NCBI GenBank assembly: GCA_051294905.1
Contig: CM119374.1
Location: 25,172,001 to 25,236,000, forward strand
Length of the DNA: 64,000 nt
Direction of reading: 5' to 3'
Source of the DNA: Botryllus schlosseri
Taxonomy: Eukaryota
This document shows positions 48,301-61,891 of this stretch, piece by piece. Made by a program: the position numbers and the translations under genes. Below the pieces are notes generated by a model. That model did no database searches. It saw only the letters and a program-made list of their open reading frames with translations, and was not told where the DNA came from. Position 1 is the stretch's first letter; every line of letters begins with the position of its first letter.

Positions 48301-51300
48301 AATTTGTGTGAATATCATATAACCATGGTATAGTATGTTCTTTGATACGAGATTTCAGTGCTGATTCTCCATGACTTGGCTATATAACTTGTTTCATTGT
48401 CACATACGAGAAGATTTTTGTTTGGTCTGCGAATGTGTTGATTGGACGATTGATTCATTCTTCCTTTCCGTTGATTTGTTACAAAATCAGAATTGCATAA
48501 TATGCTTTAGGACGTGTAATTTTCACCAAGTTTTGTTCTTGATTGGCCTTGTCTTGAGACAAATTCATTGTCATCGTCATTTTGATTGGTGTAATTGTTC
48601 TTATTAACATAATAATGTACAAGGTGTGCTTCCTATATCCTTTCATAGTCGGCAGTTATTAAGTGAAGATATACCATAGAGGAAATGTAAATGTATCACC
48701 TGAAGCGCCAATGGCATGGTGCGTGGTGATAGCTGATGTGGAATGTTAGAAATTTAGAACGCAACTCAGATTCTAGTTTAGATTTCTTACCGAACATCTA
48801 TGTACATTAAAAAGAATAAGCCATGGTGGATCGGGGTTGTTGGTATTTGTGTTGAAAAACTTGCCAGTGGGAATCATGTATGGTATTGAATAGTTTCAAA
48901 TTGCTGCCGATGTATTCTTGAGGTATCAAGTGTCTGGTTAATCTGCAGATAGGATCTTGTTATTGGTAAAAGAATACTTAACATTGCCAGTTCCCTAGAT
49001 TAGAAATTGAACACAAGTCATCTTTTGTATGTGTGCAAATCAAGACTACACTACTGTATTAGGCGGTGATAAATCTGTCTTGGAGATAAACCGGATGTGC
49101 AGCATTTGGATGTTGTAGACAATTAATTGAAAACATATGAACAATTGGTCAATATATCATATGTTTCGTTGTTATTTATAGGTTTGTATCTGGGATTTAT
49201 GTAATGTGCTGTGCCCAAAAGTCTGTTGTTTTAATAATACTGGTTAAACTTGACATTTATTGGTTTCATCCTCGTTAACATTTCTTCCATCATGTTACAG
49301 TTTTGTGACTGAAATGATGTTAATATTTGTGTCACTGAAAATCGCAGTACAATATTTCACTTCAAATATTCTGGGGAAAATAGGCCTCAAACTCCTTAAT
49401 GATGGATCATACTGGAATGTTATGTAAACAAATTTTATTTGCACATGTTTACTTGAAGATATATATAATTGAATAGTAGGCTATACTCATTTACTGCTGC
49501 TGATCTACTGTGCAAAGTATAATGACTTTTAAAATTGCTTATTGGCGTGTTATTGGAAACTGGTTGTGTGAAACTGCTAGCGTTGACATGATTGTAGATG
49601 CATGTAGGCCAGTTATGATCAAATTAATACATTGCCTATCTTGCATTATGCATAGGATATGCATAAGATTAGAAAAATGTTTTCCTCAGTTTTCGCACAC
49701 AGACAACAACATTTTCTGTTTCTTATTGGATTGCAGTCAGACTGGATATGCAAGATGGTAATTATTTTCGCAGTCACAGCAGCTTTCGAGTGAATGATTG
49801 ATTTTGGCAGAATTTTTGTTGTGTAGATTTTTGCTAGACCTGTGGCTTTCAAACGCAGTTACCAACTTCCCCGTGTTAACAATGGATCTAATTGAGTAAT
49901 AGTAATTTCATTAACTTCCTAAGATACAACTTGCAACGGTACACCAATTGGGCCATCATTATGTCCTTGATCATGATAGTACTTCAATAACAGATGGCTG
50001 TTAGTCTCAAGTGTGTTATGTTTGGCTGGTTGACCACCAAGATATTGGTATGATACAAGATACAACGACACACTAATGAAATTAGATAATCTCAATGTCA
50101 CCAAACGGAATGCGGCACTGGCTTGATAATGAAATTTATCATGTCAATACCCGTGGCTAATGTTTTTTTCTCGTAGTATTCTGGAAGATGTTTGCCTTCG
50201 GTAGATAAGTGAATTTTAAAATGTTTAATGGCGTAACGTTTTCTCAAGCACTTTAATGTGTATTTACTCAAGCCTACATCGGAAGGCCCATGCGACAACA
50301 TCATGAGACGCGCGAATTCCGTTGGAAATTAATACACATGCTAAGGAATAATCGTTTGAGACGTATATATTGAATCTGTTTTCCCGGATAAGGGCAACAC
50401 TACTCACTAGTACTGGTACTACATGTCTTCGTTGTCAAACATTTCACATACTATTCTGTTTGTTCCGGCCAACAAAGATTCCGATGTATGAACCATTTCG
50501 GGTGTTTGGGACTATTAAGTCCTACTGACTTGTTGATACGTAGACCAGTAGGTAGATATACAGGGATTACAGGGATCTGTAATAGCCTGCTAGCTGGGGT
50601 TTTCAGTCCATGTGCAATTGCGCATAGGTTATCAATACCGGTGAAGTTGCCTTTTCTTCGAATTATCATTTGAATTGCTGCTTTATCCAAATGCACCTGA
50701 TCTGTCTGGACTAGTCCTTCGCTCAAGTCGCGCAAAGGATTATGCATACAGAGTTGAAAAACTAGAGAATTTCCAGCTTTATAAACTTGGTTTAGAATTA
50801 TAGCTGGTTTTCCGAATTAGAATTAGAATTACTGAATTCGCAAAAGAATACAACAACAATCAAGTTCATATGGAATCAAAGGATGAGAATGCCAACTGTC
50901 TGTACGCCATGCTTGGGTGATTTCAAACTATGCAGTTCTCCTGTAACATTTTCAGGAAAACCGGAAATTAGAATTAGAATTAAAATTGAAATTTGAGAAT
51001 AGAACTATGTCGCAAATCAGATTACCGTTGCGCTTTAGTTAGACAACTGAAATTAATATCTAATTGTTCAAGTCAATGTATGTACATTGCACACTCACCT
51101 CCGCTAATTAGGGCTGGGCAAAATCGAGTACCTGAGTGATTCGATTCTGAATCACGTATTACGCTTCGAGTATTCGAGTATCACTCATTATGAGGTCACA
51201 ACAGAATGTACATGTCAATGTCAACGTTCAGATATGTACGTTTTATGGCACCACAAAGAACATAATCCCTGTTATCCGTCACATTAGAGATACTTAGGTA

Positions 51301-51869
51301 TATTTTCGACCATACCAATTTCATTGCACTTCTTGACAATGTTGTGGGATGATCATTACTTCGTAAATGTGTTATTTCCTGTAACGTTCGTAGCTTTTGT
51401 GCTAGATCTCGTATGCTGCGACACGGCCAATCAAGGTTTCAAAGCTTTCCCAGTGGAAAATAGAATCGAAACTAAAATTCTCGTTAGTAAATCAACTTTT
51501 AGTTACAAGGAGCGTATAACTTGAGTACTCGAAAAAATAGTCATTTACCATTCGACTCGAATCATTAAAATTAATACGCGATTCAGATTCGAGTATTGGA
51601 ATCATTTTGCCCAGCCCTACTGCTAATGCTCTAAAAGAGTATATATGGTATTTGTCATTTTCGATTTCTTCGTCCAGGTCGATCTTGAATCGGAACGAGA
51701 AGTACGAACGCCAGAGGGGGCGACGCTCGCAAATAACTGGGGCTGCCCGTTTCTCGAAACGTCGGCAAAGAGCAAAAAGAACGTCGACGAACTTTTTACG
51801 GAAATTGTACGGGAAATGAACTTCATGGCGCAGCCGCAAAGTAGCGGGCCGTGCTGCGCCATATTGTAG
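45310..51869 (+). CDS. RAP2: Ras-related protein Rap-2, 180 aa; exons 45310-45431, 46180-46408, 51678-51869
   Basis: [73 protein letters not shown] and a C-terminal CAIL; junctions are in phase (543 nt). Confidence 0.96.
46470..46740. repeat. Dispersed (AGAATT)-rich repeat; related copies at about 50760-51010 and 28330-28440 (inverted)
   Basis: Shared ATTAGAATT, AATACAACAA, GTCTGTACGCCA and AGTTCTCCTGTA.CATTTT..GAAAACC blocks. Confidence 0.6.
51109..51619. mobile_element. hAT-type MITE, 511 bp
   Basis: TIRs TAGGGCTGGGCAAAAT / ATTTTGCCCAGCCCTA; TSD CCGCTAAT / CTGCTAAT (one CpG-type change); TTCGAGTA/ACTCGAAT subterminal motifs. Confidence 0.88.
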
Positions 51870-54800
51870 CCGTCGGCCGAGCTCCAACACAACCAAGATT
51901 GAAGTCGGGTACGTGATTGTTTTCTTTGTCCGCCATCGGTGATGATCCATCCCTTTATCTACTTCGAAAGGTATAGCAGATGCGGTTCAGTCTAGTACAG
52001 GCTATACGAGGAATACTTAACTAGTTTTAGCAAATGTCCAGTCCAGTTACAAAAGTTTAAATTTTTTTGTGTCCGTTCTCTCGTGAGATAATTTATAGTG
52101 AAAAAAGTGTAATATGACATAACGATATTTTATATAACTATAAACTATATATGCAAAATCCGGTAAAGCAGTATTGGCGAAAGAAATGACCGAATTGTAG
52201 TTTTTAAATCAACGATGATGGATTTGGTTTTGTTTAAAAAATCGAGTAGCCTTAATACTGGCACAGATGAAGTTCGGATCCAACACTGACAAGGTCCGTG
52301 TTCGAACTGCGGTGTGTCAGTTTAGTAACTCTGCTTCGTACTATTCGGGGGATGTTGTGAGGTTGTCTGAATCACGAGCTACATTTAAACAGGGGAAACA
52401 AATTCTCACTGAGAAGCAAATTTGTAACTTGGAAATTCTAGTTAAACGTAAAAATTAGTAATCGAAAATTGTGATATTTCAACCTGCCATCCTATGAGGT
52501 AAGCAGCTTATATTTCACTTTATGGAGGTAATTTTCTTGAAACATTGCTATTTCCATTTAGTTTGGCTTGCAAATGAAAGAAAACATGACTATGCTTAGT
52601 CATATGGACTGTGCAGTGTGCGTGCAGTCATAGTTGCCAGTAGCCTATACCAAACTAGCTAAACTCCAACAGACATGAAAACTGTCATTGATTGACATTT
52701 TATTCCATGCTGCAGTACACGGTGTGGTAACTTCTGATTCACATAAATACCACAGTTTGGTTTACCATGAAAGTGGTGACTTGTTCACTATTCTGTCAGG
52801 AAGCAAGGCATTAGCTAATCGTGGATAGCCGGAAAAGTTGTAATAAATGGTCTTGAACACCGTTATTGTGTTTCATTTCCCTTTTGTGTTGTTACAAAGA
52901 TGTGGTATTGTTTCTGATCTTATATCTCCCTTTGAAAACGCCCAATGTATTTGGACAGTGAATCATAAGTGCTTTATGTATTCTGTCACCGTGAAATGGA
53001 GTCCTACAGACGGCACTGTCTGCCTACTGACTTTAGCCTGGCGTGAAGAATATTGCTAAGGTGCACTCTCCAGATATTCACTTCAATTATATCTTCGTTT
53101 CGTTACCCCAGGCTATGCAGTGGCAGCCTTCGCTATTAGGATTAAGTATATCTTACATTTAATTGTATCGAGTAATAACTATAGGATTTGGAATGGCCAG
53201 ACAGTGGTGCCTGGTGTAATTCATTACGTGTAACATCATGTCTAGTGGCCTTTCTTTCTATGAAATGAATATATCACGGTGGTTCCTGGCTAGAAGTGTA
53301 CTGGCGTATTGTTCCCTTGGTGAATGTGACAGGCTGCTAATTGCATTGCGGTTGAAATCTGTGCCTCTTTTAGCATACTTTGTGGTGTTGTATTTAGTCC
53401 TAACAGCAGTTTAGTTCCATGCAATCACCAAGTAACTTGTCGTTAACACACCTCTAAATTGATTACAAGGCTATAACACTATGGCCTACGCCTATGGCTT
53501 GTGAAAAAGTATATTCCTGTGTTATGTACACGGACTGTATGTTACATAATACCATATTATTTACGGCACATCTGAGACGTAGCACACACCGTGCACTGCA
53601 TATCACTTTCAATGTTTGCTTTCAAGCCGTCTATAGTTTTTAGTAGTGTTGCATATTATCACTAACTCTATTTACTAACTCTATGCACAGTAAAGCACAA
53701 AGCAGTACAGTACTAACTTGACTAACTAATATCTCTATCATCTTGTAAACAAGCAGGTATACTATGTCATTTGGTTCTGGTCACCTGGTCAATTTGTCCT
53801 AGTTGAACATAGCGGGCCTGATTTTACATGCATAATTCTATACTTTATCACAGTCAACAGGTAATCATGTCGGTATATCGAGTGTGTTGTATCGTAATAT
53901 TGATTACTAGGATGGATGGCATTGTAACTCGATAGTAGCTTGCGTCCTGTGGTATAATGTTGTGGCGAAACGAACTTACAAGGGGGTATGTAATTGGTAT
54001 GGTGTATTATCCCATCTGCGTACTGAGATTTGAGATTCCAGTGTTTCCTACCACCCTTGAAATCGTGAATGGTCTGACCACTCCTAGAGGAGAAGATATT
54101 ACGCGATACATGATAGGCCTACTGTAGCTAGGATTCATAGAAAATATTCAATGCAAACGTTTTGGTGAGTGGTGTCTTATATTGACTTTTTTCAGGTCCG
54201 CTACGGAGATGTCTTGTAATATGATGGTGGACCTCCCGTCCGTAGCTAACTTGTACCGAGAAAGAACTGTAACTAGCGGCCTGAGAACGCTTGTACATCA
54301 GAACTTTGCCTTGAAGTATTTTATGGCAGAGTCATTGGCAATACCGGGAGGAGTCTTGCTTTATTCCGAAGCCATTTTCAATCAGCGATCTCTCGTGTGC
54401 ACGTGGTACAAATTTCCCGTTCTAAAATAATGACAAACACGTTCTCCTTTGCGTTCCCATCGCTTCCATTGTAACTTTTTCGTTGCACTTACAAGTCTCC
54501 GTTTGCTCTAAATATGGATCCCGCGTAAAGTGACTCCTCACCGTCGCTCGAAATTTTATCAGGTATTGTTAATTGTGTCATCTTTAGTAGCGCATGGATT
54601 TTAATCGTGAAATTCCTGTTTCGATGATGATAGCGAACATAGATTTACACCTAAATGCCTCCCACTTATCAAGACGACGATCAGCTTCTGCACCCAATTG
54701 AACAAAGCAGGTGTCTATGCGAGACAAGGTATTCGAAATTTGAACTGACCATCATAACAAATATCATGGAACTCATGTGTCTTGTGCACCATTAGTTGCT

Positions 54801-57540
54801 GCATCCGAATGGAGTTTCGATCATAATGTTTTGAAACGAATCTGGTTTTTCATAAAAAAAAATAGCTGACTGCTGTCCGTTGTGGGAATTTCTCCACGAA
54901 CAAATCGTGCTACCAGTAACCCCACATTAATTCAAGCACTCCTAACAATCCGATAGTCACCCCCCAAAGTATTCGCGCAATTTTTTTCATCAGTACCCGC
55001 TAATCACCCCCGTCTGAAGCACAGCGGTCAATTTGTTTTGGTTTACGTCCACACACGTTTTCACTTGTCACACCAGTGGACTGGAGTTGTTGTCTGCGCA
55101 CGATGTTTGTTAGGATAAAGATCTATCTCGTTATTTACACGTTTCTCCATTTGCCTATGATTGAAATTCAATGTTATTTTCTCACCTGACCGCATATGTT
55201 TGTAGTTTAGAAGAAAAACCTTTGAGATGTTCGTTTCTCTGCGATTTTTGCTATGGGGCATTATCCCAGCTGTAGGGTCAGTTATCATTGCGACGAATAT
55301 CTAGATTGGTCGCATTGCCACGCTTTTCCGGCCGATTGCGGCAGTCGATTACCATTTTATTGTTTTCATTCCTGTTTCGTAAGTATTCATATCAGTTTTC
55401 AAGTTACACGGCCCAGCGACGAATTTCCGGGTCTATGAATTGACTGTTACTACCCCCGCGTTATAGAATTGCCAAATGCTTTGCGTTTTTTTTGTGTCGT
55501 TGTTCAGATGTACGGCAGCTCTATCGTGGAAACGCTGTCTCGCTGGTAGCTGCGCGGAGTGCGACAAAGTATTGAAATCGTGCTCTTTTTGCCGTTAAAT
55601 TTCGACTCTGTTGCAAGTAGGGTGCGAGTACCCCGGTGATATCCAACTTTTGATAATTTGCGTTTTTTTTCAATGATTTGTGACTCAGTCGTAGTGGTTG
55701 AACAGATCAGAAATTGCTTCCTACTCAAACTTAAGTCATATGGTGTTTTAATGAGACGTTCGGGCGTTTGAGTCATTGCGGACTATATTCCATTGGTGCC
55801 TACCGTGCTGCGATTGCATCAAGTTGAAATTCTACAATCGAAAATCTGCTTAGTTCTTACTACTCGAAGCAAATATTGCTACTTGGTCGGACTAGCTGTA
55901 AATCCCATGATTTGAAACCTAAAGCCGTTAGCGAGCTTGTGTGCCTTGGTCCCAATGCTGGCAACAATGTGATATTATTTTTTGTTGCATAACTGTTACC
56001 GTACTCGGCATATGTTGCCTGAGCAGTCAGCATACGCGTGTAGTGCCATGCAGGTAGACATTTCGTGATACTTGAATAATGATATATTTCCGCGCTCAAT
56101 AGGTTTATTGCATTGTGTTCGACGTAGTCTTTGAATATGCATATTTGTTATTTATCATGAAGGTTGGAAATCGGTTTTGAGCCCGTACTTCATCTATTGC
56201 GAATGGTAAGCCAGTCGGTATTGTGTTTTTATGTCAAGCAAATGATGAATCCTGTTATTGTGCATGTTGAGCTGTTTCATTCCCTGACATTATCGCTAGT
56301 GTAGTCAATGGTGGGTAATATCTGGAACATGCTCGTATTTCGTCTTCAGATTTGCCTAGTATTGATTCTCGACATGTGTTGTTGAAATTGAAGCACCATT
56401 CTGTCGCGCATCGTACCTGATCCACTACATGCGGTACATCCCGATGTATATATATATATAGCTATATCAAGGCATTTGTCATGACATTGGTGGTTCTTCT
56501 ATCATAGTTTTGGGAATGTTGTGAATTACAGTCATTTTGTACCATGCACTACAACGATGTCTTGTCATATTTCTTTCACTGATGGTATCTCTCGGCGCAG
56601 CGACCATGTTTGACCTTCTCTTTGGCTTGTAACTTTTATTTTGCGCAAATACTCGATATTTGTGTTCTTTTTTAATATGTCAATATGATATTAACAAATG
56701 AAAATATTATCTGCATCTTTGTGTTCTATTACGTGGACAAGGGTGCAACTGTCGTAATAATAATAGTGCAGTGCCGCCAGTTGGTTCAAGAATGGAAGGG
56801 GATATGGCTGGGTGTTATGACAGTTTTACAAAAGCAACTGGGTAAGGAATGAGGTATGTGAGACATGTTTCCATCAAGCTGTGATCAGTGGTTCATAATA
56901 GATAATGAAATGCGCTCCACGATATTTCCACGACGGTTCGATATTCAACATGGGATACTTGGTCCACTACTTTTTGGCCGGTTGGTTGCTGGAGAGAGAC
57001 ACACAGGTGCTGTCTCGATAACCCTGTGACTACGTCGCATCTCCATCCTCCGAGTACCTTGATGGTACAGAAGAAAATTATCTGTATTTCTCGCCCCCGT
57101 GGTTTCAGCACTTTTTGAGCGGTCGCTGTTAGGCAGGACAGTCGACGTAATTGGTAGATATAGTAGCACGTTTCGAAGTGTAGGAGGTTTATCTGGGCTG
57201 CTTCCCTACATCGCTGCTCCTCTGGCGTCTTCAGGAAAAGAGCCCACCGAAAAGACCTAGCAAGTGACAAAGGAAGGATGAAAAATAGCGAGGAAATGCG
57301 TTTAAAAGACAGACGAATAGATAACATCAAACACCTTTATATGAGGCATTAAGCCGAGCTGGAAATTACATTGAAAGACCGTGTACTTGGTCGTTTTTAC
57401 ATCTGCACTGAGTGCACAATGCACATGCACATTCTACTGCATTATGTCTTCTGCATGCCATCGCGCATGGTGTGTCTTGAGCGGTTAAATATGAATTCAT
57501 TTTTGTAAAATTCAACTTCTTGCTAAAAATATCATGATTT

Positions 57541-57674
57541 CGATACACCACAAGATGAAGGTGTCGAAACGACTTGGAGTAGCCGACACTTCGAAATCAG
57601 ACACCCACCTGGCCTAGGCGATGTAAAAAGGAGGCATGAACAGTGAACACAGGCATGTCACGGAAGGCGAGATC
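57541..57674 (-). mobile_element. LINE 3' UTR fragment (same family as 10435-11045)
   Basis: The reverse complement reads GATCTCGCCTTCCGTGACATGCC...CATGCCTCCTTTTTACATCGCCTAGGCCAGGTGGGTGTC...TTTCGACACCTTC. Confidence 0.75.
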
Positions 57675-58180
57675 CAGGACCGTAACAGCACTTCGTCAGC
57701 CCCCCTCAAACGTGGGTCTTGGGCCCCCCAGAGGGTGATATCTCAAACTTCTGGGGGGGCTCCGCCCCTATACCCCCATCGTTAGTCGTTTTGCCGCAAC
57801 TTTTCACCGACGTTTATTGTAGCCTACTTTCTAGTGGGGCGCGTTGCATCGCCTAAACGTGTGTAGCGCCAAAAATTTCTACAATTCATGATTGAATCGG
57901 TCAATATGTTCCGTAATTGCTTATATGATATATGTTGCTATTAATTTTTTTTATCCTCCCAGATCACGTAACCAGATTTCCCGGTAGACCTGCATGAAGG
58001 GTCTTGGAAACTGTAGGGTCCGTAAATAGTAATTAAATATATTCGGGCGATAAAATAACTTCATTACATGATGTTTGTTTCGTGATCTCCTGTCTGAGTG
58101 TTTGCTATGTTAAAAGATATCGAAATCGCCCAAACGTACTAAACTAAAAGACGCACACGGTGTTTTATTGGTATTTCCTC
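57675..58180. mobile_element. Partial inverted copy of the CAGGACCGTAAC element, without the MITE insertion
   Basis: Starts CAGGACCGTAACAGCACTTCGTCAGCCCCC (reverse complement of the end of the 10347-12864 element) and continues colinearly with 11790 to 11480. Confidence 0.7.
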
Positions 58181-58758
58181 ACGGCCGTTTAGAATGCCAG
58201 TTCCGCAGTCCGCTCATTCCGCCGTTTCGAGTTGCCCGCTAAGAAAGGGTTATCACTACATCCGAAAGATCAATATCGTACGCTGTTTCATCGGGCATTA
58301 GGCCTAGGTGGATGTTTTATTGGAAGACTGTATTTATTCGTTTTGACATCCTCCTTGCTGTTTACAAGAACTAGGTTACATCGCATTGTCTTATATCCCG
58401 TTGTACATTTCGCGTCTTAGGCAGATAAAAATAATAATACCGCCCCTGCCCCTGGTCAACAACGGCGCTATCCCTGGATGTAGCTATGTGAATAATCTGC
58501 GTGACGATCAATCATGTAAAAGGTCCTTGTTCACGCAGTACGAAGACCAGAGTTGTTACGGAATGAAGCAGCAAGCCGCAATGGCCAGCCTCCTATTCTT
58601 TCTATCAGGGATCCCTCAAATGGGGATCGTATCAATACGTTGCTCCATAAAGAGACGTAAGTAAGGAATATGATATCATTCAGCTCAAAACCAGAAAGCA
58701 ATTCAAAGTGGGAGCTCTGCCTAAGCTAAATTTGCCTGAAAGATGTAGCACATAAATA

Positions 58759-58840
58759 AATCAGTCAATCAGTTTTATTTTCATCATTTCAAAACGTCAC
58801 AAGACTGCGATACAATGAAAAGATAGGAAGATGTTGAAAC
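58759..58840 (-). mobile_element. Short 3' tail of a related LINE or SINE
   Basis: The reverse complement is TTTCAACATCTTCCTATCTTTTCATTGTATCGCAGTCTTGTGACG...AATAAAACTGATTGACTGATT. Confidence 0.55.
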
Positions 58841-59344
58841 AAATTCATATAGAAGGAAAGGAAGATCCCTTTACCAAGAAAAGAGTTTCCTGTGACAATG
58901 AGGCACAAAAATATTCCTGATTGGGATCCTCCCTGAATCGAAATCCGTCAAATACTCGTTAGGTGTCACTATGGAGTTGAGTACAAATATTTTTGTTTTG
59001 ATTATGAAGTCCACTCACTCCACTGCACTATTTCAATATTTCAAACCAAGTGGCCGCGCTGTATAGGTGGTGTCTAGACTTGACTTGAATGGAAAGAAAG
59101 ACAGCCTCTAGTATTTTACAGGAGAGATACCATCATTTGCAATCCATACATTTACTGATATTACAACACGGCAGCGTTGGGAACTTAGAGTCATCGCAAA
59201 TTTAGACTTCAAGTCATGCCATTTCATCGTGAAGTTATCTTTGCTGTTGAAATTAATTGATCTGTTCTATTTCTTGTAATGCAATTTTCAGGTAGCACAT
59301 TCGCTAAATAGAGCGTGTTGTCACTTTACAAATATAAACTCGTA

Positions 59345-61891
59345 ATGATTCCATTAGAAGCGTCACTGTGCATTTTACTGTGCATAACGGTTCCGAATGT
59401 TTTGGCTTCCGATCCTCCCTTCACTTGCCAAGATGTTGTGGAGTCTGCGCAACCTCCTGTGGTCAACTCTTCGGTGTACAGCTACAAGGCAACGATTAGT
59501 GTGATAAGTAAGTTTGATTGCATTGTTAGAAACCGATCTTTTGTGTGAATTCCTGCATTCGCTATCAATGATGATGAATGATTATATTATGCTGGAGTAT
59601 GTATATAAGCTGTGCAGTTTCACAAGGATATTATAAACAATTTGAAGTAGAAGAGGCAGTAGTTTGTGTAAATAGACTTGCTGAGGTCAATAATTGAATG
59701 ATATGTCACAGATGATGTCAGCAGTTTGGCCAGTGTCGACGTCGAAGTTTCAGCATGACTCTGCATTAGTGCAGACCAAAGGTGGTCGAAGTAGCCTTCA
59801 TTGGTACTCGAGTATAGAAGTAAAAGTAATACCATGAATTTCTGCTCAATTACTACTGTAAACAGCAATTTTCAAGACTTACTAAAACTGTTTCAAATAC
59901 CTGATTGGATTGCTGGCCTTTTTGCCTGATATATCAGGTGAGCAAGTTGAAGTGATTTAATGAAAAATAATTAAAAAATAAAATATAGTGTGAGCACATG
60001 ACACCGATTCCATACAGGTTCAAATAAAAGTCGAAAGTAGGCTATGATTTGAGTACTTTCGAAAAGTTGATTTGGTCAATAAGGTGTCGCATACTTACAC
60101 TACTAATCAATTGAAGGTGGCGAATTTAAAGATGCATCATCACGGATAATCCAAAAGACTTATGATAATGAAGATAGGTTCAAGTGTCGAAGAAATATTC
60201 AGTTCTCATGATAGAGAGAGAGAGAGATATGGTATTCTTTTTCGCCTGCACCATCGAGATGCTTTGACGACGGAGTTGCGATACGGCCCCATGAGGTCAT
60301 CTAGTCTGCGCCCCCGTTTTTTCTCCTCCACGCTATCCGTGATTGCTGAGCGCCTAGCAGGAGAGCTGCGGATACCAATTTTCGAGTCTTTGGTATGACC
60401 CGGCCGGGGATCGAACCCACGACCTACCGCTCGTGAAGCCGGACGCATAACCATTACACTATCTCGCTTGGTAGGCCTACAGGCGCTATAGCATGGATGG
60501 TAGGTGCAAGACTTGAAGAGCCTTACAAGGCTATGCCTGCACCTTCCTTATCCATCGGCATATGCACATCATACACTCGTGGTATATATCATGGGTCAGT
60601 GTATATTCCGCTAAAACATCAGGACAAAAATATGATATGTTCTATTTCTTTCACTCGTTTGCCATGTCAATTTCACTCATAAAAGGGTGGTGAACCTACT
60701 TTCTGCTTAACAAAATCCAAAAAGTTGAAAAGTAAGTACTTTCTCCTTACCAACTGTCAAGTAGAAGATGAGGTAGGCAAAAACATCCACTTTAGTACGG
60801 ACTACGTAGCACCATTAAGCAGAAGTGTACTTCGGTGCTCTCAACGAAACGGTAGTAGCCTACTTCGTTATGGACCACTTCTGTTGCTGACAGGAAACCG
60901 TTATGGCCCTGCAATGTGGAGTCTCAAGCTCATTTTCATGCTAAATAATCACTACTACCTGTCAATTGTGATAATTTGCGTCACAACAGTCACAAAACTA
61001 TCGCTGCACCATTGATACAGTCCATGCATCGTATCTTTGTAGAAATTGAAATCTCACAGGTAGAGACAATCTGCTTTGGCGTTGTGTTGAATGTAAATTA
61101 TATCCACCCCAACTTTCAGGTAAAAATCTGACTGTCGATGCGTACGAGACGTATGACATGGATAGAGGTATCATCAACATGGTCGTACATTTTCCTGATA
61201 ATGATTCCGACACGAGTCCCTGGAAGACTGAATGGATACAATACGATTACAATCACAATCAAAGCCTCACCATTGACAGTAAGTTCCTCTGATCAATTTC
61301 ACATACCGGTATCAATATGTCATTTGTTTGTTATTGGTGGCATGGTATTGTCTTCCTTTTACAAGTTTAAACGATGAGTTTTATTTTGCAGTGGACTCAA
61401 AAAAGTGCGATGTCGATGACTTGGTCGATCGGGAACCCGTCAGTATTTTCGGACTTGGCGTCGAAAATGGATTTAAAGATATCAAGTTTCCGTTCTATTG
61501 GACGGGAGACTACAACTACACTCTGGAAAATGTAAGCCCAGGTCTACATATCATAAAATGTTTAAGCAGTATTTTGACTGCATAGCAAAATGAATGTAAT
61601 GTAGCCTCCATTGTATAAATATCATAACCTTCATGACAACAAGTCATGTTGGGAATCGAATCCCTGTATAATATTGTCCTTGATATCATGTTAAATGACT
61701 GCTACTTGTGTTTGCTAATGAATCCGCATTTCCAGGGAACATACCTCGTCAACGGCGTACCAGGCGACAAGTATTCCACCTGTCTCCTTTTCAACAACAG
61801 CCACATCAAGTACGACGTGTTTTTGGTGTTTTCGGTGGACGAGTGGAACAACAAAGCCGGCAGCAATGTCCCGTTGAAGCTTGTACTCAAA
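59345..61891 (+). CDS. Secreted or lumenal glycoprotein, 5'-partial model (206 aa so far); exons 59345-59507, 61120-61278, 61392-61531, 61736-61891; probably LolA/ependymin-like fold
   Basis: Signal peptide MIPLEASLCILLCITVPNVLA; four exons join in phase at strong GTAAG donors and YAG acceptors; six N-x-S/T sequons. No stop codon is reached and the next exon was not identified. Confidence 0.75.
59900..60018. repeat. Second copy of the dispersed repeat at 5496-5625
   Basis: Direct alignment by eye. Confidence 0.8.
60212..60466 (-). mobile_element. tRNA-derived SINE with a conserved central domain and (TC)n tail
   Basis: Reverse complement: A box TAGTGTAATGG, B box GGTTCGATCCC, then GGGTCATACCAAAGACT...CTGCTAGGCGCTCAGCAAT, ending ATATCTCTCTCTCTCTCT. 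Confidence 0.8.
60467..60640 (+). mobile_element. Headless body of the 24550-type SINE
   Basis: ATAGCATGGA...GGTGCAAGACTTG..AGCCTT...ACCTTCCTT.TCCA.CGGCATATGCACATCA...GGACAAAAATAT matches about 24700-24890. Confidence 0.7.

Noticed and set aside
47500-50400. Decayed retroelement in RAP2 intron 2
   Set aside because: Only isolated, unconvincing motif-like peptides; no termini found.
56893-57330. 145-aa minus-strand ORF
   Set aside because: No recognisable domain or splice context; it lies next to TE fragments.
60395-60466. tRNA gene with a TCA anticodon (Sec or suppressor)
   Set aside because: The cloverleaf is incomplete, there is no long variable arm, and it runs directly into the SINE central domain.
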